Shown here piece by piece: positions 48,711 through 62,163 of a DNA stretch of 64,000 nucleotides; positions within the stretch are counted from its first letter, which is position 1; the number at the start of each line of letters is the position of its first letter. The notes under the pieces were generated by a model. That model saw only the letters and a program-made list of their open reading frames with translations. It did no database searches and was not told the origin of the DNA. The stretch lies in NCBI RefSeq assembly GCF_963921235.1, contig NC_086120.1, positions 186,001-250,000 of the forward strand, in the 5' to 3' direction. Made by a program: the position numbers and the translations under genes. This stretch comes from Mobula hypostoma (taxonomy: Eukaryota).

Positions 48711-51700
48711 TGAACTCTGCCTTTGGAAAAGTCCGAGCACTTTCAGACTTGAATTGAAATGTGCACACACTGTGCTTTTCTTGTACAGATGGACACTTCC
48801 TTTGGACAAGCCTTGTTGTGTGGACAAAGACTTACAGTGACCAAGCAGTTGAGGTTTTTGGCTTTTAGGACCTGTCCAATGATGATTACCTCAGTGATGG
48901 AAATGCGCACATCAGAATACTCTGTTGGGACCCCCCCCCCCCCATATTACTGATTTCCAATCGGTTGAGGTGCAGTTGTGTGAAATTCTAGCAGACCTGC
49001 TTCCTCTAATTTCCTCTGCTTTTCCTGCTTTGTTTCTCCCTACTGATCGTGTTGTGAACATGGTATCAGCATTGAGCCTTTTCCTGTTCCAGCAGCCCAG
49101 TATTTTAATGTGCTATTGCTGTTGTTGCTTCACATGTGACTCTCCTTATACATTGCTATGTCTGAAAGGGCTTTGTTTGCTTTCTGCCAGTGTATCATGT
49201 CTGTATATTGGTTGACGTGATGATTATGAGAAGGTTAGAGTAGCCCAAATGTCAGTTTTCAGACCGAGAGTCAAGTATATCTGTTCCCTGGATGGTTATG
49301 GTGCTGAAAACTGCTCAGTTGATCACTTCCTGTCCCACATCTATTGAATTCTTGGTCTCATGGCTTTCCCTGTATTTAGGTTTTCATCATCATGCAGTGT
49401 GCTGAAGCTGCTGGCGATGTAGTGCAGCAGTGTCACTGTCACTGTTATATCCGTGGCAGGTTTAGCTAAGTGTTGCTAGTGGGCACTTTGTCCTGAACCA
49501 CCAGACAAAAATTGGATCTCGGGTAGACTTTTCCTTTGTTCCTGATGTTTACTATGGCAGCGCATCAATACCACTCCTGCTTTTCCAGGGCTTCAGAGGC
49601 AAGTGGCCAGAATCAACCAAAGGCAATATTTCCAAATGATGACTGCCTGTATTGTGATGTTATCCCTGCAAGTGGCACCAATTAGTGCAGGTTCAGTGTA
49701 TTGAGGACCAGAGAACAGGGGTGGTGGGTGTTGATGAGGAGTAGAGAATGTAGCAAAGGGGTTGAGACCAAAGAGTTGGGAGGGCAGCCTAGATAGAAAC
49801 AAACCCCCTCCCCCACCATCCCAGCCCCTGATTAGAGCTGAGCTGCATTAGCCATTCATTTATTTGTAGCCTTATTCGTTAGCCATTACTTTGTTTCAGC
49901 ACTGCTCAGTTGACAGACCCTTGCTGAACCATGTTCTGAAAACTCCCTGAATACGGATGCGTAAGGCCACAGTTCAGTGCGGGTGCTGTCCGTGGTTGCA
50001 AGAAGTGGACCAGAACTGATTCATTTGTAGCTCACAGGCTGCAAGAATCAGCAGTTTAGCAGAATAGAGAGTTAATGCACTATGGGAAGGTTCTGTTAAT
50101 AAGCTTCATGTATATTTCTGGAACCTGAGTATTGACATAGTAAAATTCTCTCAGGGAGATAAATTGCACTTTCAGTTGAAGAGCTGTCAATGTTGTAATA
50201 TTTGAATGTGGAGTATGAGACTTATACACACTTTATCACCAGGTGGTTTGTCTCTTATTTTTTGTTATAAATTTCCATGCCAGGCTGTAACTATCACCAT
50301 ATAAATTGGTTAGTAAGTAGGATTTACTGATAAGGCTATTGTTACAGACTTGCTTTAGGTATGGTAATGTTTTGATTCCTTTAAAACCAATGAGTAGTTA
50401 TGAAGTTAATTTTAGTTTCTTGAATATTAAGTAGAAAGGCAGTGAGAACAGTGGCTTCTATTCTGACCAACATTCAGCATTACCTCCTCCCAGACCATTT
50501 TCACCCTTTTGCCCACTAACAGTGATCAAGGAGATGAGTGTATCTCTGTCAGATCTCCTCACAGAAATGGAAACCCACAAAGCCAAGAGTACATGGTTTG
50601 TCAGAGCCCTTGAACATAATGCTTATTCTTAAACATTTAAGGTTAAAGACCTGCACTATGGGTGTTTAAAGTTATCATGCAGACAGCAGTAATGGAGGAT
50701 GCTCCTGTATTGATGATACACAGTTGGTTGTGTACAGTGATAACTGCTTTTCCACATATATGTAGCAAGTTGGTTTAGCAGGTACTGCACTTGGTGAAAC
50801 CAGAATATCCTTTTGTATTTCACTGTGCACTTTGTGTAGTTTGGATGAAGGAGTGAAGACATGCATCCTTTAATCCTACACATAGAAACTATGTTGTTAT
50901 CAAAAAGCTGGCCTTGTACAAATCATGTCACCTGTTTGGATATCTAAGCTGATTACTTCATCAGAGTTCACCAGTCTGAGCTGTCCCTTTCCAAGCAGTC
51001 AGGAATAGACTGACATTTGAAGACCCGTTTTTCAGTTTCCTACTCATTCTAAATATAATGGTCTTGTGATTAAGGTGAATAAGTTTATTCCCAAGGGCAT
51101 TTTGCAAGATGTAGAATGCCATGCCCCTCCAAAGTTTCCAGCTGTTGCCCCAATGATTTGTAAACGAGCCTTTTTTCTCATGATTACATTCTTTGTATAT
51201 GCCCCAATCATTAAAAATATTTCTTCTTCTTGTTTTATATCCACTGATTCCACTACTTTGGATCTCACTTGAAAGGAAATTGTTTATTCACTTCCTGGAA
51301 TGTGACCTGCAGTTTTCAAGCTAGTATTGGCCATATTCCCCGAATCCCATCCATTTTGTCATCTTACAGTATTCCCTTCTGTTAAATGTTTGTTTTGAGA
51401 TGTTTAAAAAGTTTAATTTTGTGTAATGTCTTTTTCTTCCCCATCCCCCTGCCTCCACCACCACCCATAATCCCATAGTCCTTAAATCTTGCCATTACTT
51501 CATGATGTAAGTTCCTTCTAACTTTTGTTGTTTAGATCATCCAGGATGACTGTGGCATTCTAATAGTTGTTAGATTAACAGTTTGTTCAATTCCCACTAT
51601 AATACAGATATATGTTATTGTTGGTGTCACCTTACAGCTGGACCTGGAATTTAATGTACCATCCGGACTCAGTTATTCAAGTGGGCTTTAACTATGTTGA

Positions 51701-52730
51701 AAAGCAGAGTTCTCATAATGTTTCACACCATTTAGAGCTAACAATATTTTTGATGTTTTAAAAGAGGCAGATAACAGTATCTAATATGTGAAAACAGTTC
51801 CAAGTTTCCAAACGAATTTAACTTTGTTCCTTATTACTAATTAATGGTGACTATTAAATAACAACTGTGTTGACAGGCCCTTGCTGATGGATGATACTGA
51901 TGCCGTTGTCCAAGAGGTAGGGTGGTTTGTCCCTGGTTAGCACCACAAGCCTTGCTTAGTTAATTTTTTTTGTTGCATCTTGAAAGCCACCAAGCTAGAG
52001 AAGGTTGCTCACTGGGAAGGAATTGTCCCCAGTGAAATAGATCCCTGTCAATAAAGCAGAGTTAAATGGCCATTCCATTCAATTCAATTCAACAGCCTTT
52101 CTGTCGTACCAGTGGAGACTGTGTTTCTGTAGGGTCCAATTTCCACATGACTTTCTCTCTAGTGTTCCAAAAACTGGATAACTTATAGCAAAGGAGTTGT
52201 TTGAAACATGACCCAGTATGTGGCAAGTGATGTGTGGTTACTTCAGCTGTAACCTCTTGACAGGTGTGGAGCAGTCGACTTCAGTGTTCTTCCTACTCTC
52301 CTGCTTTTACAGGACATTGTGGTCTGATGGTGACACTGTGAGAGTGGTGCATAAGTCCCCTCTGTATGGAGACTGAACCATATCCAACACAGTTCAACCT
52401 AACAGCACAGTACATAGACTGTAGACTTCAGTGTCCCCTTCTGTCAGTTTGAACAATTCCTGTTATAACGGTATTGTACAAAGAATGTGGGAGGAAAATA
52501 TTCTGTCTATTTCACTCATTATCCAATGTAAATCCTACAAACCACGAAATACCAAGTCCAGAATTCAGTTGGTTCAAAGGGATGGGGGAGCTGAATTGTT
52601 TCAGGTGACTGTAGATAACTTTACATAAAAAAGGACCTACTTTATAATTGTTCTGTACTTGCTGATGTTACTGGATTTATAGACAGAAGTGGAGTTTTAA
52701 AGAGATTAAAATGTGAGTCCTATAAAAAGC
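48711..52730 (+). other. RAB8A: Putative long RAB8A 3' UTR (about 3.3-4 kb)
   Basis: No recognisable repeats from the stop codon to about 52920. Candidate polyA signals: ATTAAA 51853-51858, AATAAA 52050-52055, ATTAAA 52705-52710. True end not determinable. Confidence 0.55.
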
Positions 52731-52924
52731 AAATTCTCTGATCTAATTATTGTTTGAGCATTTTTGATAACTTATTCCAAGTCTTTCGACCTGCTGAGAT
52801 TAAAACCATGGGAGGAGTGGTCATAATTTGTAGAATTCTTAGCTCCTTGTGAAGGATTGCCTGAGGCAAGTTAATTACGCTTGTATTTCTGTCGCCAAAC
52901 TGTATCAATTTCAGTCAGATTAAA

Positions 52925-53640
52925 CAAGACATAGGAGCAGAATTAGCCCATTCAGCCCATCGAATCTGCTGCACTATTCGATCATAGCTGATGTATTTTC
53001 CCTCTTAACTCCATTCTCCTACCTTCTCCCTGTAACTTTTGACACCCTTACTAATCAAGAACCTATCAACCTCTGCTTTAAATACGTATATCCAATAACT
53101 TGGCCTCCACAGTCCTCTGGCAATGAATTCCACAGATACACCAACTTCTGGTTAAATAAACTTCTCTTAAAGGCACATCCTATTCTGAGGCTGTGCCCTC
53201 AGATCCTAGACTCTCCCACTATTGGAAACATCCTTTCTGTCTAGGCCTTTCAATATTCAATACGTTTCAATGAGATTCCCCCTCATTCTTCTAAGCCCCA
53301 GTGAATGTAGGTCCAAAATTATCAAATGCTCCTCTTACATTCATTTCTGGCATCATTCTAGTAAACCTCTTCTGGACTCCAGTGGCAGTACATTCTTTCT
53401 TAGATATGGAACCCAAAACTGCTCACAATACTCCCAAGTGTGGTCTGACCACCGGCTTATATAGCCTCAGAACTACATCCTTTTATATTCTAGTGCTCTC
53501 GAGATGAATGCATTTGCTTTCCTTACTACCGATTCAACCTGCAAGTTGACCTGTATGGAATCTGCACTAGGGCTCCCAGGTTCTTTTGCACCTCAGATTT
53601 CTGAATTTGCTCTCCCTTTATTCCTTCTACCAAAGTGTGG
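52925..53640 (-). mobile_element. CR1 LINE 3' fragment
   Basis: Same 3' UTR family as 2493-2650. Confidence 0.78.
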
Positions 53641-54329
53641 GACATCCCAGTTGCCAAGACTATTAGTATCCCATAAATCTGCCCGTGAATTCTAGCTCTG
53701 AACATAGAGGATTGCCCAGGAATGGACCCTTTGGCCTACACTGATGTGTTGAACTAATTAAATTAGTAATCAAATGCACAACTAAGCTAATCCCTTCTTC
53801 CTACACAATGGGCCCATATCAGAATGTGGTTTATTATCACCGGCATGTGATGTGAAATTTGTTAACTTAGCAGCTGCAGCAGTTCAATAGAATACATAAT
53901 CTAGCAGAGAGAGAAAAAAATAATTAAAATAAAGCAAGAATAAAGGGAGGTAGTGTCCAAAGCTTCAATGTCCATTTAGGAATCGGATGGCAGAGAGGAA
54001 GAAGCTGTTCCTGAATTGCGGAATGTGTGCCTTCAGGCTTCTGTATCTCCTGCCTGATGGTAACAGAGAGAAGGCATGCCCTTCCATTTCCTACATATTT
54101 GTATGCCTATCTAGAATGACTTCAAAGGCTACTATCATGTTTGCATCCGCCACTATCCCTTGCAACATATTTCTGTGTGAATAAAGAAAATGCCCTGCTT
54201 ATTTCCTTTGAACTGTAGGATTCTGTTTAAATCTATGGTTCTTTTAGAACTCAAGGAGGCACAAAACTTCATGATCCTTTTGTTAACATTTGATAGAATA
54301 AAAGGAAGTTGAAACAAACAGTGATAGAT

Positions 54330-54700
54330 AATAGAAACACAGAAAATAGGTGCAGGAGTAGGCCATTCGGCCCTTCGAGCCTGCACCGCCATTTATTATG
54401 ATCATGGCTGATCATCCAACTCAGAACCCCGCCCCAGCCTTCCCTCCATACCCCCTGACCCCCGTAGCCACAAGGGCCATATCTAACTCCCTCTTAAATA
54501 TAGCCAATGAACTGGCCTCAACTGCTTCCTGTGGCAGAGAATTCCACAGATTCACCACTCCCTGTGTGAAGAAGTTTTGCCTAATCTCGGTCCTAAAAGG
54601 CTTCCCCTCTATCCTCAAACTGTGGCCCCTCGTTCTGGACTTCCCCAACATCGGGAACAATCTTCCTGCATCTAGCCTGTCCAATCCCTTTACGATTTTA
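54330..54700 (-). mobile_element. Young 5'-truncated CR1 3' end
   Basis: KGLDRLDAGRLFPMLGKSRTRGHSLRIEGKPFRTEIR; close match to 17968-18330. Confidence 0.85.
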
Positions 54701-54769
54701 TAATGCATCTTTGTGGCTACTTTTTACCCATAAAGATAAGGAACCTCCAAGAGGAATACAAACTTGTCA

Positions 54770-55688
54770 CAGTTTGCGGGCTTGCGTGACTCAATGACCC
54801 AGAGAAGTATGTTGGCTTAAGTCGGGGCTTTATGCTTTGTCTCTTGGTAGGGTCACCCATGCCAAACAGGTCAATGGGTAGTCGTCGTAATTAGGTCGCA
54901 TCTGGAATGTCCAGCTGGCGGATGATTTCCCTCCACGCTGCTCTGACATATTGGGAAATTATGTACTTGGCAGGTTACAGCAGTGGTTTGCCTTTGCCTT
55001 CTGCCGGGTGAGTTTAAAGAGACCACCACCTCTTGCAGTGGATGACCAGGACGTACAAGTCCCCTGTCATGCTCTTAGCACTCTACAACGCCTGCTGGCC
55101 TCCTCCTTGACCGTTGGACTGTCTCCTCTGCTCAATCTGCCAGAGCCAGACTTCACACGCTGGGATAGGCAGATCCCCTACCTCACTGAGGGTCGAAGAC
55201 CCGTTGGCTACCCTCACCTGATTTGGCCCGTCTGCGGAGACGGTTTACCGGGGTGTGGCCGCTGTATATGTTACAGCTACTTGGAGCCACAGGTGAGAGC
55301 TGAGCGCCAGGTGGGGACCAAAGGTGGACGAGCTGCCCCGAAAAAGGGCACGGCAGGCACCCCCCCTCCCTACCAGAGGTGCTACCCCTCCCTAGACACC
55401 CCATACATCCCCAATGGGTAGAAGACAGACTGGAAGTGGTCCTCCAGGTTTGTGGGTTCAGTTCAGGGCTAACAATTCTGACTGGTAAAACAAAATTGTT
55501 ACAGAAACAGCAATGAAGAACCCTACATCTGAGTTTAACAGTATTCCTTTGCTTCTCTTCCATGACTGACAATAGTGAAAACCGAGAGGAAGCTACTGAC
55601 ATGATGAAGGAAGCCCTGAATATTGTCAGAGATGGAGGACCTTCATTGCTGCCCTAAATACCTGTGGTGTAATGGGCAGTATGTAAGA
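54770..55688 (+). mobile_element. Non-autonomous RTE-derived element (LINE 5' end fused to 3' end), carrying a 530-bp antisense insertion at 54882-55411
   Basis: RTE-like 3' end AGATGGAGGACCTTCATTGCTGCCCTAAAT..GGGCAGTA; the insert is bounded by TSD CAATGGGTAG (54872-54881, 55412-55421). Confidence 0.55.
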
Positions 55689-56464
55689 AATAAAGAAATT
55701 CCATGCAAATCTATAGATAAGAAACAACCAATTAGTAAGTACTCATTCAATACTGCAGTACCAAGTTAGCAATGAGAAAGCAGTTATTCAAGCAATGCAG
55801 AACAAAGAAACTTAAAGAGCATTCCAGAATTGTACTTTGTATAGTCACTAGAGGCATATTAAACTGTTATGAGCATATTAACAACTTATTAAATTCAAGT
55901 AGATAACTATCTGTTAAACTGCAAAAAAAAATTAAACAGTTGGGTGCAACAATCCTCCCTTTGATTCTAAATCACATGTTTAGAATCATTACATCTGAAG
56001 TTTCAGAGGCAGAAAACTTATGGTATCTGTTTCACCTCAGATGGCTGAAGAAGGTTGGTATGGACCCCAAATCCTAAGAACTTTCTACAGGGGCATAATT
56101 GAGAGCATCCTGACTGGCTGCATCACTGCCTGGTATGGGAACTGTACTTCCCTCAATTACAGGAATCTGCAGAGAGTGGTTCTTAATTAGGATCCATTTG
56201 CCAGGAACCAGGATGTGTCCTCCTGTTAGGTCTTCCCAAAAGTCAGCTGTGGAGGTCAAGTCTTTATGTATATTTAAGGCAGAGGTTGATAGATTCTTGA
56301 TTGGTCAGGGCATGAAGGGATAGAGGGAGAAGGCAGGAGATTGGTCTGAGTGGAAAATTGGATGAAACATGATGAAATGGATGGGCCAAATGGCACAATA
56401 CTGCCCCAATATTTTATGGTCTAAACCTGTTAAGAAGCAGACAGTGGTTTGAGTTAATTTCAAA

Positions 56465-58437
56465 ATCAGAATCAGGTTTATTATCACCAGCATGTGACGT
56501 GAAATTTAGGGCAGCAGCAGTTCAATGCAATACGTCATATAGAAGAGGAAAAAAATACATAAAATAAAAATAAGTCAATTACAGTATATGTATATTGAAA
56601 AGATTTAAAATGTGCAAAAAAACAAATATGGTGTGTTAATAAAGTAAGTCCAAGGGTTCAATGTCCATTTAGGAATCGGATGACAGAGGGGAAGAAGCTG
56701 TTCCTGAATCGCTGAGTGTGTGCCTTCAGGCTTCTGTACCTCCTACCTGATGGTAACAGTGAGAAAAGGGCATGCCCTGGGTGCTGGAGGTCCTTAATAA
56801 TGGGCGCTCCCTTTCTGAGACACCGCTCCCTGAAGATGTCCTGGGTACTTTCTAAGCTAGTATCCAAGATGGAGCTGACTAGATTTCCAACCTTCTGCGG
56901 CTTCTTTTGGTCCTGTGCAGTAGCCTTCTTCTCTCCCCACCCCCCACCCCTTACCAGACAGTGATGCAGCTTGTCAAAAGGCTCTCCGCGGTACAGATAT
57001 AGAAGTTTTTGAGCGTATTTGTTGACATGCCAAATCTCTTCACACTCCTAATAAATTATAGCCGCTATCTTGCCTTCTTTATAACTGAGGTTGGAATTAG
57101 GTTAGATCCTCAGATCTTGACACCCAGGAACTTGAAACTGCTCACTCTCTGCACTGGCATTTCTGATCTTTCTATGAGGATTGGTATGTGCTCCTTTGTC
57201 TTGCCCTTCCTGAAGTCCACAATCAGCTCTTTTGTCTTACTGGCGTTGAGTGCTAGGTTGTTGCTGCGGCACCACTCCACTAGTTGGCATATCTCACTCC
57301 CGTACACCCTCTCATCACCACCTGAGATTCTACCAATGTTACATGCTCAAGGAGATCTGTTTTTGCTTGTGAGAATGACGTAATGGTCTTTTGGAGGTCA
57401 CCTGATGTGATTTTCCCGCCGATGTGAGGTCACGTGATGACGTGCCCCGTGACTATATAAGGGTCGACTCAGGGGACGCAGTAGGTTTTTTTGAGTTTGT
57501 AGATTTCCAGGTAGGACGTGTTGTGCCTCCGTTTCTGTTGTGTTTGTTTTTTGTGACGCAGTTTCATTTTTAAAATGGAAGGTGCGTTCTCTTACAAGAT
57601 TTGTATTATTGAACTGGAAATTTGTGGCTGGACGTGCCAATTTACTCAATTCTGACAGTTTTGAAGGGAGAGTGAAGAATTCATCGAAGTGAAGGATCGA
57701 GAGAAGTCGGCATCGTTTGGCAGTTTAATAAAGGATCGACCTTATTGAATCTTCGTTGAAGGGAACCTGCATTGAGATAACTCTTGCAATAGCACAATGA
57801 GTTCACGCAAAAAGGCTCTCTCTCTCTAAAGGAATTTAAGGTCAGTTGATTTAAACTCTTTATTTTCGGCATCGGGAATCCTGTGGACGGAACTAGCAGT
57901 AAAGGTGCATCGGTGAAGAAATCTTTCTCCAGAGAAGTCTCCCAATTGAATATGTAAAACTGTTGGACTTTCGAAGTTATCGCTTTAAGAACTGTTTTCG
58001 CATTTAACGTTTTAAGAACCAAGAGTCTAGTGGAGCTGATGAACGGCTGCGTACCTGTTTAACCTTCGGTTAAAGTTTTCCTTTGTTTCTTTTTTCCCTT
58101 ATCGTTTATATGTGTTTAATAAATGTTTGGTTGCTTTCATAAAACCTGTCTCGATTAATATTCATTGTTGCCAGTTACGTAACACCAACAATGGTTGTAT
58201 CGTCAGCAAATTTATAGATGGTATTTGAGCTATGCCTAGGCACACGGTCATGTGTATATAGAGAGTAGAGCAGTGGGCTAAGCACACACCCCTGAGGTGC
58301 GCCAGTGTTGATTGTCAGCGAGGAGGATATGTTATTACCAATCCGCACAGATTGTGGTCTTCCGGTTAGGAAGCCGAGGATCCAATTGCAGAGGGAGGTA
58401 CAGAGGCCCAGGTTGTGCAACTTCTCAATCAGGATTG
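56465..58437 (-). mobile_element. Rex1/Babar-type LINE 3' portion, split by a solo LTR
   Basis: [49 protein letters not shown]; WCRSNNLALNASKTKELIVDFRK; HPGHALFSLLPSGRRYRSL. Confidence 0.9.
57337..58184 (+). mobile_element. Solo LTR (848 bp), Gypsy-like
   Basis: TGTTAC...GTAACA inverted termini; 4-bp TSD CCAA (57333-57336, 58185-58188); TATATAA 57454-57460; AATAAA 58118-58123. Confidence 0.85.
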
Positions 58438-60684
58438 CGTATCTTAAGGAAAGGGTAAGTGAGCTAGGGCTTTTCTCTTTGGCATGAAGGAGGATGTAAG
58501 GTGACTTAAAAAAGGAATATAACATGGTAAAAGACATTGAGAAAGTGGACAGCCAGCACATTTTTCCTAGGGTGGAAATGGGTAATATTAGACGGCATAA
58601 TTGGAAGGAGGTTTCAAGTTCGTGTTTAATTATCATTCAACTGTGCATGAATATAGTCAAACAGAGCAGCTTTCCTCTGGGGCCAAGGTGCACAGCACAA
58701 ATAGCAGGTAGTTATGAGTTTAGAAAAACACCTAAAATATCTGGTCCACTGAGTGAACGCTGGAGCTATCACCATTGGGAGGGGCCATCCTCCAACCCAG
58801 AATGGATTCCAGAGTGCCTATAAAGACCTCTCCCACACTGATTCAGTGTCTCCTCCCCTGGAAGACCATAACAGGTGACCTTACAGCTTAGGCCTAGTCC
58901 TCGCCACAACCAAAGCAACACAACTCCCCCACCATTAGTCTCTTTAATGAACCAGTGAGCTTGAATTGCACTGTTCTACGTTACCAATTTTCAACAGGCT
59001 CTTGCAATCACAATAGAAAATGTCCAAGACCATCACTCTCACCTTTTTGGACTGCACACCGTCCAATGATAGACAACAAGTCCAAGCAACAACACAACGG
59101 TACATAATAAGTTCAGCTCCATTGCTACTCAGTGACTTGTTGATAGGATAGTCCTGCCAAATTTGATGTTCTTAGTATCCAGCAGTGACTTGCCATCATA
59201 ATAAAAAAGATGAACAATTACACCTTTGATTGGACCTGGAGTGGCCAATATGTCTAAGTGTCTTGCCATCTTAGCAAAGTTTTTTTACAAGGAGTGGTGG
59301 GTGTGTGCAACATTCTGCCAGGGGTGGTGGTAAAGGCAGATATGTTAGAGACATCTAAGAGACACTTAAGCACATGGATGAAAGAAAAATGGTGTGCTAT
59401 ACAGGATGGAAGGGTTAGATTGATCTTGGAGTAGGTTAAACAGTCAGCACAACATCATGGCCAAAAGGTCCTCTGCTGTGCTGCACTGTTCAATGTACTA
59501 TTCAGGGATGGCTACCGATACCTGGAGTAACCAAACTACAATGATTAGTGATGTGAGGGGATTGTGAAGCATGGCTTGGTGATGACTGTCAGAAGTAGGA
59601 GTTATTATGAACCTGACAAGTGACATGAGCTTTCCAGTAGTTGGTGGCCCGAAGAGTCAGGAAGCTGAGTGTGAGCAGGGATTAGTTAGTGACTGAGGGC
59701 TCCTTGGTGAACAAAGGATGTGTCAGAAAACAGTCTTCAGCCACAGGGTGAGATGTGGATCAGCTGCACAGAGGCTCTGGGCTGATAAATGTGAGTGAAA
59801 TATTTTGGGAGACCTGTGAGTCATAAGGCAGGTTGGAGGGAGGGGGGACTGAGGAACATGCTGACCTCAGTCCCAGAAGTGTGGAGGTAAACATGGGACC
59901 AATGTAGGATAAATATAAATAGATGGTCGGTGGTTGACATGGAGTCAGTTGGACAAAGGACTTGCTTCTATGCTTGATCTCTCCATGGCTCCACAATCCC
60001 TGGAGGAAGCAGCAAAGGTGTAAAGGACAGTGAAGAAGGCAGACAAGATGCTTTCATCAGCCACATTATAAAATCTTAGAGCAGGGAGGTGAAGGTTGGC
60101 AGACACTGGTTTGAACACATGTGCCACTTACACATTGGGTGTGTCTGCAGAGTAGGCTTCAATACTGATGTAAAGTTCTGCTCATCACCCTTGAGGAAGG
60201 AAGTGACAGAGCTACAGAATAGAATCAACAGGATGTTGCCTGGGATGGGAGTACAGTATTCCAGCTCTTCAGAGAGGTCAGGTTTATTTTTCTAAAGCGG
60301 AGGTCGACAGAGCATCTGACAAAAACTGAAAGGCAGAGATAAGGCAAATAGTGAACACTTCTCCCCATGGTGAGTTATCCAACAACAGATAAGAGGACCC
60401 AAGTGTAACTCTCTCACAGTAGGCTCTCAGTGAGTTAGCTTTCACTGTGAATTCAGCCTAATAGCAACATAACTCTACAATGCATAGGGGAAAATGATGA
60501 GAAGGCTATTTCCAATAAATAAACACATCCAGGGCAAATATGATTCAGGTAAACACAAACATAAATGTGTGAATGTCTAATCTAAGGGAAAACGAAGGCA
60601 ATTACTTGTATGAACACTGACACACCCATGCAAATTTACCATTCGCCCGGAAACAATAATTTAACTCATTTCAGTATAAACATA

Positions 60685-61596
60685 AGCAACCCACACAAAA
60701 TGCTGGGGTAACTCAGAAGGCCAGGCAGCATCTGTGGAAAAGAGTACAGTTGATGTTTTGGGCTGAGACTTCAGCAGGACTGGAGAAAAAAAGCTGAGGA
60801 GTAGATTTAAGAGGTGGGGGAGGGGAGAGAGAAACACAAGGTCATAGATGAAACTGGGAGGGGGAGGGATGAGGTAAAGATCTGGGAAGTTGATTGGTGA
60901 TGGAGATACAGGGCTGGAGAACGGGGAGTCTGATACAAGAGGACAGAAGGCCATGGAAGAAAGAAAAGAGGGGTGGAGCACCAGAGGGAGATGATGGGCA
61001 GGCAAGGAAATGAAGTGAGAGAAGGAAAAGGGGATGGAAAATGAAGGTGGAGGGGAGAGGCATTACCAGATGTTTGAGAAATCGATATTCATTCTGTCAT
61101 GTTGAAGGCTACCCAGACAGAATATAAGATGTTGTTCCTCCAACCTACGTGTGCCCTCATCACGACAGTGGAAGAGACCATGGATAGACATAATGGAATG
61201 GGAATGGGAAGTGGAATTAAAATGGGTGGCCACTGGGAAATCCTGCTTTTTCTGTTGGACGGAGCATAGGAGCTCAGTGAAGTGTGTCCCAATCTACGTC
61301 AGGTCTCTCCAATATACAGGAGGCTGCAACGGACACCAACAGACTTCTGGTAAATGGAGCATAGATTTGTTTGGCACTTATCCTTGCAAGCAGAACAAGT
61401 GCTACACCTCCTCCTTCACTACCATTCAGGGGCCCAAACGGTCCTTCCAGGTGAGGAAACATTTCACCTGTGAGTCTGTTGGGATCATATACTGTGTCCA
61501 ATATTCCTGGTGTGGTGCTGCCTGGCCTGCTGAATTCCCCCAGCATTTTGTGTGTGTTTTGCTTGGATTTCCAGCATCTGTCGGAGTTTCTTTTGC
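60685..61596. mobile_element. Penelope-like element with inverted ends
   Basis: Left arm is the reverse complement of the pLTR/GIY-YIG end; right part reads FTCESVGIIYCVQYSWC then the pLTR tail; degenerate TSD CAGTATARACWTA (60672-60684, 61597-61609). Confidence 0.78.
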
Positions 61597-62163
61597 CAGT
61601 ATAGACTTAGATGAGAATTGTAATGACAAAATATTGTGAACTATAACAAACAAAATAAAGGATCAGAACCCATTACAAATGTATCAGTCTGTATCATGCA
61701 CATAATCATTGGAGCTCATTGTTGCATAATCAATCCAGTTTGCTTCATTTTGTTTACTCACAGACTTGAACCAGTTTTGCTTTGAAGAACCCATCCTAGG
61801 GAAAAGTATTTACTCAATGTCCAGGGGAAAAAAATGTAGAACTTTCTCCAAGGACACATGGTAACTAACTAACCGGAAGTTATCTGCACATTCTCCCTGA
61901 GACCATTATCTGTGCGAGGAATCTCCAACATCAGTATTCATCCTTCCAAATGGGTTCTGTGCTTGTTCTTCTACTATGATTGTCATCTGTTTATATCTTC
62001 CTTCTTTCCCCTTCTTCGATCCCGTGCACTCTAGAAAATGACTCCCCATTCTTCTTCCTGCACTCCCTCTGGAGTGTTCCCCATACAAATCCCATTGGCT
62101 AATTCAACTAGCCTAACAACAATCGACTGAATTTTTATTTTAAACAGCAAAATTGAACTACTC

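Noticed and set aside
54951-55602. ORFs of 156 and 139 aa as genes
   Set aside because: They lie in GC-rich TSD-bounded repeat sequence and cross insertion boundaries; no protein motif recognised.
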